A stretch of 42,013 nucleotides of DNA from a virus (lineage: Duplodnaviria; Caudoviricetes). The position numbers and the translations under genes were made by a program. The stretch lies in IMG/VR virus record IMGVR_UViG_3300032320_000269, positions 1-42,013 of that record. The stretch is one strand, 5' to 3'. This document shows positions 1 through 9,906 of the stretch, piece by piece. The notes beneath the pieces were generated by a model. That model saw nothing but the letters and a program-made list of their open reading frames with translations. It ran no database searches and had not been told where the DNA came from. How positions within the stretch are numbered: the stretch's first letter is position 1; each line of letters starts with the position of its first letter.

Positions 1-2724
1 CATGTATCCTGGATTAATTGGTGGTTGTGCGAACCCTGTGTTACTACCAACAATCTTTACCAACGCATTTGTTGAAGAGAATGTCGCATTAGAAACAATA
101 AACGATGACTCAACATTCAACGCATAGAGATGTGAAATATCCAAGAATGAGTTTGCTGTAAGTGCGCCACCTCTAATCTTCAGACCACCCGATTCAATAA
201 CCACATTGTTCGCATCATTGGTAATACGCACAGGTTGAGCACCACCAGGTAATTCATTGCCTTGCAGGTGAATCGATGCGTTTGAAATCCATACGTTCTT
301 GAATGGACGGTCAGACGAACCTAATGATATTGTTGGATTAGATGGAACAACATTGAATGTCACTACGTTTGCGGAGGCATTCAGATGTAAATCACCACCT
401 GTACTCAACACTAAAGGTCGTGCTGGATATACAGGAGAGATTGTCTGGTCGGCAAACTGAACATTTGCTGTACCGTTTAGTGGTGTACCATATGCACTAA
501 ACTCTACCCACTGATTCGATGAGTTGGAGTTGATGTACACATACTGAATGCCAGATGTAGAATCAATCCAAATGTCATCTACATTTGCGCCAGCAGGTTC
601 CGATGCTTGAACAAAAGTTTCTGTCTTAACATTCGCAGTAGCATACGCAGAGTTCGCATGAATGAATGCCGCAGTGATACTATTGTTTTGTGTTGTATCA
701 GTTGCAGTGGCAGCATTAGCAGCAGTAAAAGCAGCATTAGCATGAACAAATGAAGCAGCAATACTATTGTTTTGTGTTACATCAGTTGCAGTTGCAGCAT
801 TAGCAGCAGCAAAGGCAGCAGCAATCGAATTATTCTGTGTGGTATTAACACCATCAATATTATTAGCAGATGCAAATGCTGCATTGGCAGTGTTAAGTGC
901 TACTGTAATACTATTGTTTTGTGTTGTATCAGTTGCTGTTGAAGCATTGGCAGCAGCGAATGCAGCATTAGCAGTATCAAGTGCTACTGTGATACTATTA
1001 TTTTGTGTAGTATTAACACCGTTGATTAAGTTTGCTGAAGCAAAAGCAGCATTAGCAGTATCAAATGCAGATGCAATAGAACTATTTTGTGATAAATTTA
1101 CTGCTTGACTTAATACAATAAATGCATTAGAGTTTTCAAAAACAGCATTAGCAGTATTCAGAGCAACCGTAATACTATTATTCTGTGTAAGGTTTACTGC
1201 TACTGCACCGTTGGCAGCAGTGAATGAAGCGTTTGCTTGGTTACGTGCAAAACTATCAGTTGCTGAACCACTAGAAGCAGCATTGGCAACATCAAATGCT
1301 TTTGTGGCGTAAATGTATAAATCTACATTGCCGTTAGCTGCATAAACATAATTGGCAAAAATTGCATTAGCACCACTAATAATTCCATTTGAACCTGTGG
1401 TTGAAACTATATTAGCAGATACATTTCCAATTACTATTACATCACCAGTAATTGTTCCACCAGTATTTGCATTCAGTGAATTATTAGCACGTGTGAATGC
1501 GGCATTAGCATGAACAAATGAAGAAGCAATGCTATTGTTTTGTGTAACATCAGTTGCAGTAGCAGCATTGGCAGCAGCAAAGGCAGCAGTGATGCTGTTG
1601 TTTTGCGTTACACTTACTGCTTCATTATATGTGATGTAACTGTTGGCATTAGAAAATGCTGCATTGGCAGTATCAAGCGCTACTGTTATGCTATTATTTT
1701 GTGTAGTATTTACTGCTACAGCACCGTTTGCTGTATCAAATGCGGCATTGGCATGATTACGAACAAAGGTGTCAGTCGCATTATTGGCAGCAGTAAACGC
1801 AGCATTAGCATGAACAAAAGCAGATGCTATCGAATTGTTTTGTGTTACACTGACTGCTTCATTGTAGGTAATGTAACTATTGGCATTAGCGAATGCTGCA
1901 TTGGCATGAACAAATGCAGATGCAATAGAATTATTCTGTGTTGTATTTGTAGCAGTAGCAGCATTAGCAGCATCAAAGGCTGCATTAGCATGGTTGCGAA
2001 CATACGTGTCAGTTGCATTGTTAGCAGCAGTGAATGCGGCATTCGCATGAAAGAATGCTGAGTTTGCTTGATTAAACGCAGCAGCAGAACTTGCACCTGT
2101 ATTAGCAGCAGCAAAGGCAGCATTCGCATGAGCAAAGGCAGCAACAGCAGTGTTGACAGTATTGGCAATGCCAATCTCACCAGTGTATCGTGCTCCAGAG
2201 ATATACACACTCTTCGTGCTGATACCCGATGGTAAATTGGTGCCACTAAAGTTTAGAACACCCGATTGATAATCAAAGAACCATTCTTCATTGGTTGCTG
2301 TTGCAAATAATTCAGTTCCAGTTGTATTGGATGTCGTGCGACCAGCAGTATCTAAGAATACACGAACCGCATAGGTTGCACCGAACTCAGGACTAATCCA
2401 GTTCTGTAATCCAGTTTGCCACGTTCTATATGCTGTTGCACTTCCGAGTTGACCTCGTTGTCCAAGACCGTTAGTGCCGATTGGTGTCTGTGGCATCTCC
2501 AACGTAGCATCAGGTCTGTAAACCGAAACGATACTTGTGGTAGTTGCAGGAATAGAACCAGGAATACTTGATGATTGAACTAAAAGATTGTCACCCCGAA
2601 TCTGGAGTGGACTAGGCAGTGCCTCGTTCGTAGCATCTTTATTTGCTGTGGTATCTGTTTTGGTAGCAGAATAACCTATCTTCTTCCAAAGATAGTCAAC
2701 TTTTTGGGTATCTGAAATAGCCAT
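1..2724 (-). CDS. Large tail-fibre-like virion protein, 3'-partial (at least 908 aa, runs off the window start; missing from the ORF track)
   Basis: ATG at 2724-2722 overlaps the upstream TAA (TAATG). It translates MAISDTQKVDYLWKKIGYSATKTD...EEWFFDYQSGVLNF, then ANAAF/TQNNSI repeats, then DDIWIDSTSGIQYVYINSNSSNQWVEF. The stretches I translated, including the one reaching position 1 (...PPINPGYM), are open and in one frame. Confidence 0.85.
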   Translation of the reverse strand, partial: MAISDTQKVDYLWKKIGYSATKTDTTANKDATNEALPSPLQIRGDNLLVQSSSIPGSIPATTTSIVSVYRPDATLEMPQTPIGTNGLGQRGQLGSATAYRTWQTGLQNWISPEFGATYAVRVFLDTAGRTTSNTTGTELFATATNEEWFFDYQSGVLNFSGTNLPSGISTKSVYISGARYTGEIGIANTVNTAVAAFAHANAAFAAANTGASSAAAFNQANSAFFHANAAFTAANNATDTYVRNHANAAFDAANAATATNTTQNNSIASAFVHANAAFANANSYITYNEAVSVTQNNSIASAFVHANAAFTAANNATDTFVRNHANAAFDTANGAVAVNTTQNNSITVALDTANAAFSNANSYITYNEAVSVTQNNSITAAFAAANAATATDVTQNNSIASSFVHANAAFTRANNSLNANTGGTITGDVIVIGNVSANIVSTTGSNGIISGANAIFANYVYAANGNVDLYIYATKAFDVANAASSGSATDSFARNQANASFTAANGAVAVNLTQNNSITVALNTANAVFENSNAFIVLSQAVNLSQNSSIASAFDTANAAFASANLINGVNTTQNNSITVALDTANAAFAAANASTATDTTQNNSITVALNTANAAFASANNIDGVNTTQNNSIAAAFAAANAATATDVTQNNSIAASFVHANAAFTAANAATATDTTQNNSITAAFIHANSAYATANVKTETFVQASEPAGANVDDIWIDSTSGIQYVYINSNSSNQWVEFSAYGTPLNGTANVQFADQTISPVYPARPLVLSTGGDLHLNASANVVTFNVVPSNPTISLGSSDRPFKNVWISNASIHLQGNELPGGAQPVRITNDANNVVIESGGLKIRGGALTANSFLDISHLYALNVESSFIVSNATFSSTNALVKIVGSNTGFAQPPINPGYM
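640..2150 (-). repeat. Coding tandem repeats (ANAAFxx heptads and TQNNSI cassettes) in fibre gene 1
   Basis: The + strand has recurrent gcagcattagc/gcattggcagc and ctattgttttgtgt motifs. Boundaries are approximate. Confidence 0.85.
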
Positions 2725-5700
2725 TAAGCAGCAACTCCTATAGAGAGAGCAGTTATGCTCTGACCAGCAGATAATCCAAATCTAATTAATACTACATTAC
2801 CTGTTGCGTTGGACATATTTTCCGTTCCTAGACTCATGGTGTATCCACCACTTAATGCTGTTCCTCCCAAAATTCTATCGGCACTTGATAGAGCACACCC
2901 ATCACTTCCGTTACCACCTGCACCAGTTCCTGGTTGACCCGAAGCAGCTTTTACTGTGCCACATTCCAGCCAACCACTCAATCCACTTGATGTATCTATG
3001 CCAGTTCCTGGAGCAGCCAACCATGCGCCTGCTATACCAGTTGCCGATGTGATGTTGATGTCAAAGTTTGCAAGTGCTGTTCTACGGAAAGCAAATGTAA
3101 AGTATTGTATTCCTGTATCACCAGAACGATTTGGTCCTGCTGGTAGATAACCTGTGCTATAATCTGTAACATCATGTTTGATAGCACCTATTCTGATAGT
3201 TGCTTCTTTTGTTCCCGCAACACCAGGATCAGATGCTTCCGAATATACTTGTGTTGTAAAGAAGTTTGTTGCAGAAGTATATACTGGAGTATTTGATGTA
3301 TTTGCTTTGAACCAGTGTGAACGAATTCCACTTTCATTTGCACCAGCACCCGAAGCAGGAGAACCTACACCAGTTGCAACAATTGCAATCTCAGATATAC
3401 CACTCTGTGCTGCGGAATGAACTGCCAACCTAGTTGAGTTCTCCACCAAACTACCATTACCTGCTACGTTGTTAGCACGAATACCGATTGCTTGAACTGT
3501 TCGGACACTTGCTGCGATTGGAACATTTAAAGTTCCCAATGTGTATGCAGAAGATTTTCCTGTGTTTGCTTTAGGATATCCACCCTGTAGGTATGTGGTT
3601 GCCCCATCTACCTGTGCATATGTAAATGCTGTAGGAGTAATGGCAATAGCAGTTGTTGATTCATAGTTAGTTCCACCAGTAATTTGCACTGGTGTTGCAG
3701 TATTGAACACACCAGTATAGCATTGTCCAATCCAGTTAGTGATTGTTGCACCTACCATATTGACAGTAGCACCTGTAGTAAAGTAAGGAATACCAGAGAT
3801 GTAACGATAGTTTGCTGTGCCAACTGTCAATGAACCTGCGGTTGTTGTTGGAGCAGATGTAATATCATCCTTTACAAACTCGACCACATTGGTGTTACCA
3901 TTTGCACTGTGTTGCAACTGGAAGTTGTTCACACCGAGCGGGACTGCTGCTGCTGCGGTTGAAACATTAGCCTTGAATCCTGTAAAATATCCAGGAGAAT
4001 AAATTGATGCTGCAAAAGTTGTTGCAGTTCCAGTAGCATCCAATAAGTTATAATCACTCTCACTCAGAACACTCAAAGAGTTAAATGTTCCAGTATCCGA
4101 ACCATTTGTGAATGCTCTTGCACCAGAGTTAGCACCGTTGACAAATGCAGTCAGTGTTCCAACATTAGCATTTGCTGCGAATGTGGTCATGTCTGTGATA
4201 GCGATGTTACCACTAGTTGCTGTAGTTCTATTGACTAATGTTCCAACGGTATAAGTTGTTGCTCCACCAGTATTGTTGGCAAACTCTGCTGCCAAGTAAG
4301 GAAGAGTTCCTGTGCTACCACTGAATGTAATAGTCTTTGAACTTAAAGGATTTGGTGCAGCAATGTTTGCATCATACACTTTGATTGATGTAGTTACCGA
4401 ACGAGGTATTGATGCAGGATTCGAAGTATTTGAACTTGTCAATACCAAATTGGCTGTTGCATAACCAGTTCCTGATGAAGCAGCAAATCCATAAGTGTAT
4501 GCTAATCGTGAACCAAACACACCACCCGATGCTGTGTCACTAGCAATCGATGTGTTTGGTTGATTGTCACCGAAGTTTGCAGTATATGTTACAGCAGCAC
4601 CAGTAGTATTTGTGGTAATGTTTTCCATGTAGAGAGTATCACCCTCTGTGAAATACAAGTTGGATGCAGCAGTCAGAGCATTACCACCAGATGATACACG
4701 ATAGAAACGGAATCCCATAACAGGATCAGGTGTGTAGATTACCACATACGATGAACGTGTATTGGATGCTTCACTACCAGTTCCTGAACCTGAGTTGTTG
4801 TATGCACGAACTGTAATTGTTTTTGAACCCTGAACAGTATACGTGTGAGCAATAGTTGTAGTTGTACAAGCAGTTGTGTTTGCTCCACCATCACCCCAAT
4901 CAACATCGTAACGAAGAGTTCCATTACTTGTAACAGGAGCAACTGTTAAAGTTACTACTGAACCCGAACCTGCTCCGAGAGGACTTGCTGTGAATGAAAC
5001 ACTCTTAACAAATGTATTCGCACGAACATTGTCGAGCATTTCGTTGAGGTCATCAATTGCATCAGTTACTTTTGTAGTAGTTGTCCATCCAGAGTATGCA
5101 CCAACATTAGTCAAACTACCATCAGTTGGTGTTCCCAAATTGATTGTGTTACCAACAACTGAAATATTATTGGCAGCAAGGAATGCTGCATTGGCAGTAT
5201 CACGTGCAAACGAATCAACACTTCCAGCAGCAGCAGCATTAGCAGTGGCAAAGGCGGCATTAGCAGTATCGAGTGCTACTTGAATCGAATTGTTTTGTGT
5301 TGTATCAGTTGCGGTAGCAGCATTGGCAGCAGCAAAAGCAGCATTAGCATAGTTACCTGCTGCTGTGATACCTGCTTCCGAACCAACATAGAACATGGTG
5401 TTGCCATTATTGGCAGCCCATTTACCATCTGCTTCAACCCAAAGGAAAGAAGAGTTTGGTTGATTTCCACGGTCAACTTCAATACCAGCATTGGCAAGTG
5501 GAGAACCAGATTGATTGATTGCTGCATTCAGTGTAATGATATTGTCAGCAATTAATACAGTCAGTGTATTTGCATAGACTGTATTACCAACAACTACAAG
5601 GTTACCAGTAACAGTAACATCACCATTAACTGTACCACCAGTGTTGGCATTCAGTGAATTGTTGGCACGTGTGAATGCTGCTGCGATAGAATTGTTTTGT

Positions 5701-8087
5701 GTAACATCAGTTGCTGTCGCAGCATTAGCAGCAGCAAAGGCAGCAGCAATCGAATTGTTTTGTGTTACATTCACACCATCGATATTATTTGCTGAAGCAA
5801 AGGCAGCGTTAGCATGAACAAATGCAGAAGCAATACTGTTATTCTGTGTAAGATTAACTGCTACCGCACCGTTGGCCGTATCGAAGGCAGCATTAGCATG
5901 ATTACGAACATACGTATCCGTTGCATTGTTAGCAGCAGTGAATGCAGCATTGGCAGTGTTCAGTGCAACGGTGATGCTGTTGTTCTGTGTTAGATTAACT
6001 GCTACTGCACCATTGGCAGTATCAAAAGCAGCATTAGCATGAGCACGAACATACGTGTCAGTCGCATTGTTTGCAGCAGCAAAGGCGGCATTGGCATGAT
6101 AGAACGCAGCAGTTGTATTATTAACTGATGAATTGGCAGCAGTAAATGATGCATTAGACTGGTCGTATGCTTGTTGAATTCTTTGGTTCTGACCTGACTC
6201 TGTTGATAGAGCAGAGTTAGCAGCAGCATATGCAAAGTTAGCATGAATGAATGCCGAGTTTGCTGTAATGAATGCAGCATTACCAGTGTTACGTGACCAT
6301 AAGTCTACAGTTCCAGAAACAGCATTGTTTGCTTGTGCAAATGCAGCATTGGCGGTGTCTCTCGCATAGGTATCAACACCTGCTCCACCACCAGTATTTG
6401 CAGCAGCAAAGGCAGCATTAGCATGGATGAATGCAGCAGTGATACTATTGTTCTGAGTTGTATCAATACCAGCAGCAGCATTACCTAAAGCAAAGGCAGC
6501 ATTGGCAGTGTTCAGTGCAACAGTGATACTATTGTTCTGCGTCAGGTTTACTGCTGTGGCAGCATTGGCAGTTTCACGTGCATATGAATCAACACCCGCT
6601 CCACCACCAGCATTAGCAACTGCAAAGGCAGCGTTGGCTGTGTTCAGTGCTACCGTTATACTATTGTTCTGTGTTTCATTTACTGCTGTGGCAGCATTGG
6701 CAGCAATGAAAGCAGCATTCGCTTGATTGAATGCACCTGCTTGACCAGCACCTGAGTTGGCAGCAGTGAATGCAGCATTAGCGGTATTCAAAGCAACGGT
6801 GATGCTGTTGTTCTGTGTTAGATTAATTGCTGACTGTAAACTCGTAGCAGTATTACCTGCATCAAATGCTGCATTGGCATGATTGAATGCACCCAATTGG
6901 CCAGCACCTGAATTGGCAGCAGCAAAGGCAGCATTAGCCTGGATGAATGCAGAGTTAGCCTGGTTACGTGCAAATCCATCCGTTGCATTACCACCAGTAA
7001 CAGCATTCGCAGCAGCAAAGGCAGCATTAGCATAGTTGCCAGCACTGATTGCTTTTGAGTCTGCAACATTCGCAGCAGCAAAGGCAGCATCAATGGAATT
7101 ATTCTGTGTTGTATTGACTGCTATCGCAGCATTAGCAGCAGCAAATGCACCGTTGGCATATATGCTGGCACCGACACGATTGATTTCTGCTGTGTTAGCA
7201 GCAACAAAAGCACCATTAGCCTGAATCAGTGCTACATTAGCAGTAGAACGAGCATAGGTATCTGTTGGGTTTATACTATTCGCAGCAGCAAAGGCAGCAT
7301 TGGCATGAATAAATGCAGCATTTGCTTGAATAAACGATGAGTTTGCAACAACCGAAGGAGTGTTTGCAAATATTGCTGTAGTGTTTAGTGCAGCAAATGC
7401 TGAATTGACCGAAATGAAAGCAGCATTTGCCTGAATGAATGCACCGTTGGCATAGGTTGCTGCTGAGTTCGCTAAGTAATCTGGAATTGATGCCAACGAA
7501 TTGGCATACGCAAAGGCAGCATTAGCATGAATGAACGAACTGTTTGCACCTATGAATGCCGAGTTTGCTTGGTTGCGAACCCACTCATCAATAGAAGCAT
7601 TATTAGCAGCAGCAAAGGCAGCATTGGCTTGTATATACGCAAGGTTGGCATAGTAACTTGCCGAGTTTGCTGTGATGAACGAATACTGTGCATGAGTAAA
7701 TGCAAGGTTAGCAAACTGTGCTGCTGAGTTTACATAGTATTGCGGAGTGTATAGTGCAATATTGGCAGCAGCAAAAGCAGCATTAGCAGTGTTGTATGCT
7801 GCAATTACATTGTTTGATGCTGTCCATGCTGTGGCATTGGCAGTATTGGCACGTTCAAAAGAAGCATTAGCCTGATTGTATGCAGTGGAAACAGCAGTAA
7901 AATTGTTTGCTGGTCTTACTTCCCACTTGGCAGTATCGGAGTCATAAACTAGAGTGTAATTATCCTGTAAACCAGTTGCATTGACATCATTGAGGTCAAC
8001 AAGGGCGATATTAGGGACAACGACACCACTTGCCGTTAGCTTTGTTCTTGACGGTTGATTGACTGCTACCTTACCGATTAACGCCAT
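2724..8087 (-). CDS. Large tail-fibre-like protein (1787 aa): ANAAF coiled-coil shaft, PKD-like Ig domain(s) and a beta-rich C-terminal region
   Basis: ORF track. About 900 aa of ANxAFxx heptads, a fibre motif DNIITLNA...AGIEVDRG...LWVEADGKW, and a PKD-like YDVDWGDG...IAHTYTVQGSKTITVRAYN. Confidence 0.8.
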   Translation of the reverse strand: MALIGKVAVNQPSRTKLTASGVVVPNIALVDLNDVNATGLQDNYTLVYDSDTAKWEVRPANNFTAVSTAYNQANASFERANTANATAWTASNNVIAAYNTANAAFAAANIALYTPQYYVNSAAQFANLAFTHAQYSFITANSASYYANLAYIQANAAFAAANNASIDEWVRNQANSAFIGANSSFIHANAAFAYANSLASIPDYLANSAATYANGAFIQANAAFISVNSAFAALNTTAIFANTPSVVANSSFIQANAAFIHANAAFAAANSINPTDTYARSTANVALIQANGAFVAANTAEINRVGASIYANGAFAAANAAIAVNTTQNNSIDAAFAAANVADSKAISAGNYANAAFAAANAVTGGNATDGFARNQANSAFIQANAAFAAANSGAGQLGAFNHANAAFDAGNTATSLQSAINLTQNNSITVALNTANAAFTAANSGAGQAGAFNQANAAFIAANAATAVNETQNNSITVALNTANAAFAVANAGGGAGVDSYARETANAATAVNLTQNNSITVALNTANAAFALGNAAAGIDTTQNNSITAAFIHANAAFAAANTGGGAGVDTYARDTANAAFAQANNAVSGTVDLWSRNTGNAAFITANSAFIHANFAYAAANSALSTESGQNQRIQQAYDQSNASFTAANSSVNNTTAAFYHANAAFAAANNATDTYVRAHANAAFDTANGAVAVNLTQNNSITVALNTANAAFTAANNATDTYVRNHANAAFDTANGAVAVNLTQNNSIASAFVHANAAFASANNIDGVNVTQNNSIAAAFAAANAATATDVTQNNSIAAAFTRANNSLNANTGGTVNGDVTVTGNLVVVGNTVYANTLTVLIADNIITLNAAINQSGSPLANAGIEVDRGNQPNSSFLWVEADGKWAANNGNTMFYVGSEAGITAAGNYANAAFAAANAATATDTTQNNSIQVALDTANAAFATANAAAAGSVDSFARDTANAAFLAANNISVVGNTINLGTPTDGSLTNVGAYSGWTTTTKVTDAIDDLNEMLDNVRANTFVKSVSFTASPLGAGSGSVVTLTVAPVTSNGTLRYDVDWGDGGANTTACTTTTIAHTYTVQGSKTITVRAYNNSGSGTGSEASNTRSSYVVIYTPDPVMGFRFYRVSSGGNALTAASNLYFTEGDTLYMENITTNTTGAAVTYTANFGDNQPNTSIASDTASGGVFGSRLAYTYGFAASSGTGYATANLVLTSSNTSNPASIPRSVTTSIKVYDANIAAPNPLSSKTITFSGSTGTLPYLAAEFANNTGGATTYTVGTLVNRTTATSGNIAITDMTTFAANANVGTLTAFVNGANSGARAFTNGSDTGTFNSLSVLSESDYNLLDATGTATTFAASIYSPGYFTGFKANVSTAAAAVPLGVNNFQLQHSANGNTNVVEFVKDDITSAPTTTAGSLTVGTANYRYISGIPYFTTGATVNMVGATITNWIGQCYTGVFNTATPVQITGGTNYESTTAIAITPTAFTYAQVDGATTYLQGGYPKANTGKSSAYTLGTLNVPIAASVRTVQAIGIRANNVAGNGSLVENSTRLAVHSAAQSGISEIAIVATGVGSPASGAGANESGIRSHWFKANTSNTPVYTSATNFFTTQVYSEASDPGVAGTKEATIRIGAIKHDVTDYSTGYLPAGPNRSGDTGIQYFTFAFRRTALANFDINITSATGIAGAWLAAPGTGIDTSSGLSGWLECGTVKAASGQPGTGAGGNGSDGCALSSADRILGGTALSGGYTMSLGTENMSNATGNVVLIRFGLSAGQSITALSIGVAA
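5160..7900 (-). repeat. Coding tandem repeats (ANAAFxx heptads, TQNNSIxxA, DTYVRxHANAAF) in fibre gene 2
   Basis: Directly visible in the translation and DNA. Boundaries are approximate. Confidence 0.9.
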
Positions 8088-8090
8088 AGA

Positions 8091-8426
8091 TTACCTTGTG
8101 ACAGATGGTAACACAACAGCAATGCCTTCCACAACCCGTGTCACGGTGTTTGATGTTCTATCAGTAACAATCAAGTCATACAAGTAACGACCTGGTGATA
8201 AGTTAGCAGTGTTTGCTGCTGTCATTGATAGTGTAATCTCGCCAGCAGCGTTATCTGTAATAGTTGCTGTTAGGTTATTTGCTGACGATGAATAATAAGA
8301 TTTACGAATCTGTGATGCTGCTGAATATGTTGATAGGTTTACTGTATACCCAAATGGGTCAGTTACTGTTACAGTTGAGGATAAGTTTGCACCCTGTTCG
8401 ATAAAGATTTCTACAAATGCGGCCAA
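8091..8426 (-). CDS. Small beta-sandwich virion protein (LtfC/p132- or BppU-like fibre attachment or collar domain)
   Basis: Motifs IEQGA...NLSTYSAASQIRKSY...GEITLSMTAANTANL.PGRYLYDL...TRVVEGIAVVLPSVT resemble a family common in T4-like phages. TTG start with an AGGAG SD. Confidence 0.7.
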   Translation of the reverse strand: MAAFVEIFIEQGANLSSTVTVTDPFGYTVNLSTYSAASQIRKSYYSSSANNLTATITDNAAGEITLSMTAANTANLSPGRYLYDLIVTDRTSNTVTRVVEGIAVVLPSVTR

Positions 8427-8448
8427 AAGTATTCTCCTTTTAATACAT

Positions 8449-8456
8449 TATTTATA
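8449..8456 (-). promoter_or_regulatory. T4-type late promoter TATAAATA
   Basis: Exact consensus on the minus strand, 22 nt upstream of the 8426 start. Confidence 0.8.
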
Positions 8457-8481
8457 CAAACAAAAACCCGCAAAGCGGGTT
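8452..8481 (-). terminator. Rho-independent terminator
   Basis: Minus strand reads AACCCGC-TTT-GCGGGTT followed by TTTGTTTG, just downstream of the 8510-8914 gene. Confidence 0.85.
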
Positions 8482-8509
8482 CGTGTTTTATTTTTATGAA
8501 AACAATGTA

Positions 8510-8914
8510 TTAAACTCTAACCCACTCTTCACCGACTTTATTATATCTAATCCAAGCTTGGTTGGTTTCATCCCACTCAAACCTTACATCAGCGTCATTA
8601 ACGTCTGGTCTAGCAACTGGTGCTTGCCATACACCAGTAGTCATATTTAAAGTCCATGAAGGGAATGGTTTAGGGGCATGAAAAACATCTAATACTGGAT
8701 CATAAATCCAACCAGGTCCAGGATAATTTAAACGAAATGTTTTATTGTATGAACATTGCTTCCATGTAGTAGTCTCGGAAATTTTAAGACCCTCACAGAA
8801 AGCAACTCCAATTGCTTCACTTTCATTTCCATTTTCATCTTTTATATCATTGTTGCTGACAACAATAACTCTTAATACATTGTTATTAACATCAAGTTCT
8901 GCAAAGTGTGCCAT
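8510..8914 (-). CDS. Conserved phage protein, probable tail-fibre/adhesin assembly chaperone
   Basis: MAHFAELD.NN.VLRVIVV...WKQCSYN...R.NYPGPGW.YDP..DVF..PKPFPSWTLN...W.AP...P resembles a family I recall next to glycine-rich adhesins. The function is inferred. Confidence 0.6.
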   Translation of the reverse strand: MAHFAELDVNNNVLRVIVVSNNDIKDENGNESEAIGVAFCEGLKISETTTWKQCSYNKTFRLNYPGPGWIYDPVLDVFHAPKPFPSWTLNMTTGVWQAPVARPDVNDADVRFEWDETNQAWIRYNKVGEEWVRV

Positions 8915-8939
8915 TTAAAACTCCTTAATTGTTTTTAAG

Positions 8940-8947
8940 TATTTATA
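8940..8947 (-). promoter_or_regulatory. T4-type late promoter TATAAATA (a CTAAATA variant also lies at 8951-8957)
   Basis: Exact consensus upstream of the 8914 start and its AGGAG SD. Confidence 0.8.
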
Positions 8948-8957
8948 ATATATTTAG

Positions 8958-9440
8958 TTAGTTGGATAGAACTATCCAACCCGAACCAGTGTAACCTTGA
9001 AATTGTGTTCCTGTGGTAATGAATGCAACCATTCCTGCTTGTGGTGCAGTGATTGCAGTATCTCTTGTAGCATTACTTGCAAAGACAGGCAATTTCATTG
9101 TTGTATTAGCAGTGAAATTTGTTATACTAACATTAGAACTCAATTTAGAAGAATTTACTGTTCCATCGGCAGGAACAGATATAGCCACTGTTCCATTAGT
9201 TAAATGGTGAACTACAATATTATTTGTTCCTACAGCGGGAGGAGAAGTAAAATTTACTTTATCCGCAGTGAGAGTCCAATCAGCACCGTAGGTTTTATAA
9301 ACACCAGAGATAAAAACCATAATACCAGCAGTTGATGCTGGAGTTCTGGATAATGTTACTTGTGTCCCTGACCCATCACCACTGAATAAATCAGTGGTTG
9401 CAGACAAATTTCCAGTTATTACGTTACCGATATATGACAT
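8958..9440 (-). CDS. Short fibre-associated virion protein (MSYIGN-type N-terminal module)
   Basis: N-terminal FSGDG...MVFISGV...VNFTSPPA.G module and C-terminal LPVF...TRDTAI..PQAGMVAF.T...FQGYTGSGW fibre motif. Confidence 0.65.
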   Translation of the reverse strand: MSYIGNVITGNLSATTDLFSGDGSGTQVTLSRTPASTAGIMVFISGVYKTYGADWTLTADKVNFTSPPAVGTNNIVVHHLTNGTVAISVPADGTVNSSKLSSNVSITNFTANTTMKLPVFASNATRDTAITAPQAGMVAFITTGTQFQGYTGSGWIVLSN

Positions 9441-9875
9441 TTATTTTCCTGTTGATTCTGGTTTTACTGGAGGTTCACCCTCTGGTTTAGGGAACTTATC
9501 ATTAACTTCTTTTATTGAATTATAAAAATCAGTTCCTTTACCTGGTATTTTACTTTGATCCATTGCATCCCAAAGTTGATTCATTAGGATAGAAATATCA
9601 GGATAGTTTGTTGCACGATCTAAAAAATACTGATGATACTCACAAAATTCTTTTTGATAATCATGTTCCAACATAATTCTTTCTTTAGTTGGAGCTACAG
9701 GAACGTCATTACATTCCCATCGTGTGAATAACCATTTGCCGTTACCTGCTTGCATATCATATGCAGCGGAAGGTGCAATTGCTTTAATCGCAGTATCCAC
9801 ACCATAAATTAATTTATTATTATTACCCATCAAATATTGTGCATATTGAATTTCATCATTAGTCATCTCAACCAC
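9441..9875 (-). CDS. XkdW-like putative tail-fibre assembly protein
   Basis: The C-terminal Y...RATNYPDI..LMNQLW...FYNSIKEVNDKFPKP resembles the R..xYP.I..QLD..W..I..VK.KYPK chaperone motif. It lies next to the adhesin gene. Confidence 0.5.
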   Translation of the reverse strand: MVEMTNDEIQYAQYLMGNNNKLIYGVDTAIKAIAPSAAYDMQAGNGKWLFTRWECNDVPVAPTKERIMLEHDYQKEFCEYHQYFLDRATNYPDISILMNQLWDAMDQSKIPGKGTDFYNSIKEVNDKFPKPEGEPPVKPESTGK

Positions 9876-9898
9876 TCCTATAAAAAATTGCTACTCAG

Positions 9899-9906
9899 TA
9901 TTTATA
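9899..9906 (-). promoter_or_regulatory. T4-type late promoter TATAAATA overlapping the stop codon of the glycine-rich gene
   Basis: Exact consensus upstream of the AGGAG SD and the 9875 start. Confidence 0.75.

Noticed and set aside
579-7727. Many 60-170 aa ORFs on the + strand and in alternative - frames (Leu/Met-, Cys/Ser- or Ala-rich)
   Set aside because: They are shadows of the GCA/GCT-rich ANAAF repeats in the two fibre genes and are fully nested inside them.
640-7900. Possible CRISPR array or DGR template/variable repeats
   Set aside because: The repeats are in-frame, degenerate at third codon positions and have no unique spacers. I saw no adenine-specific mismatch pattern and no cas or reverse transcriptase gene in the window.
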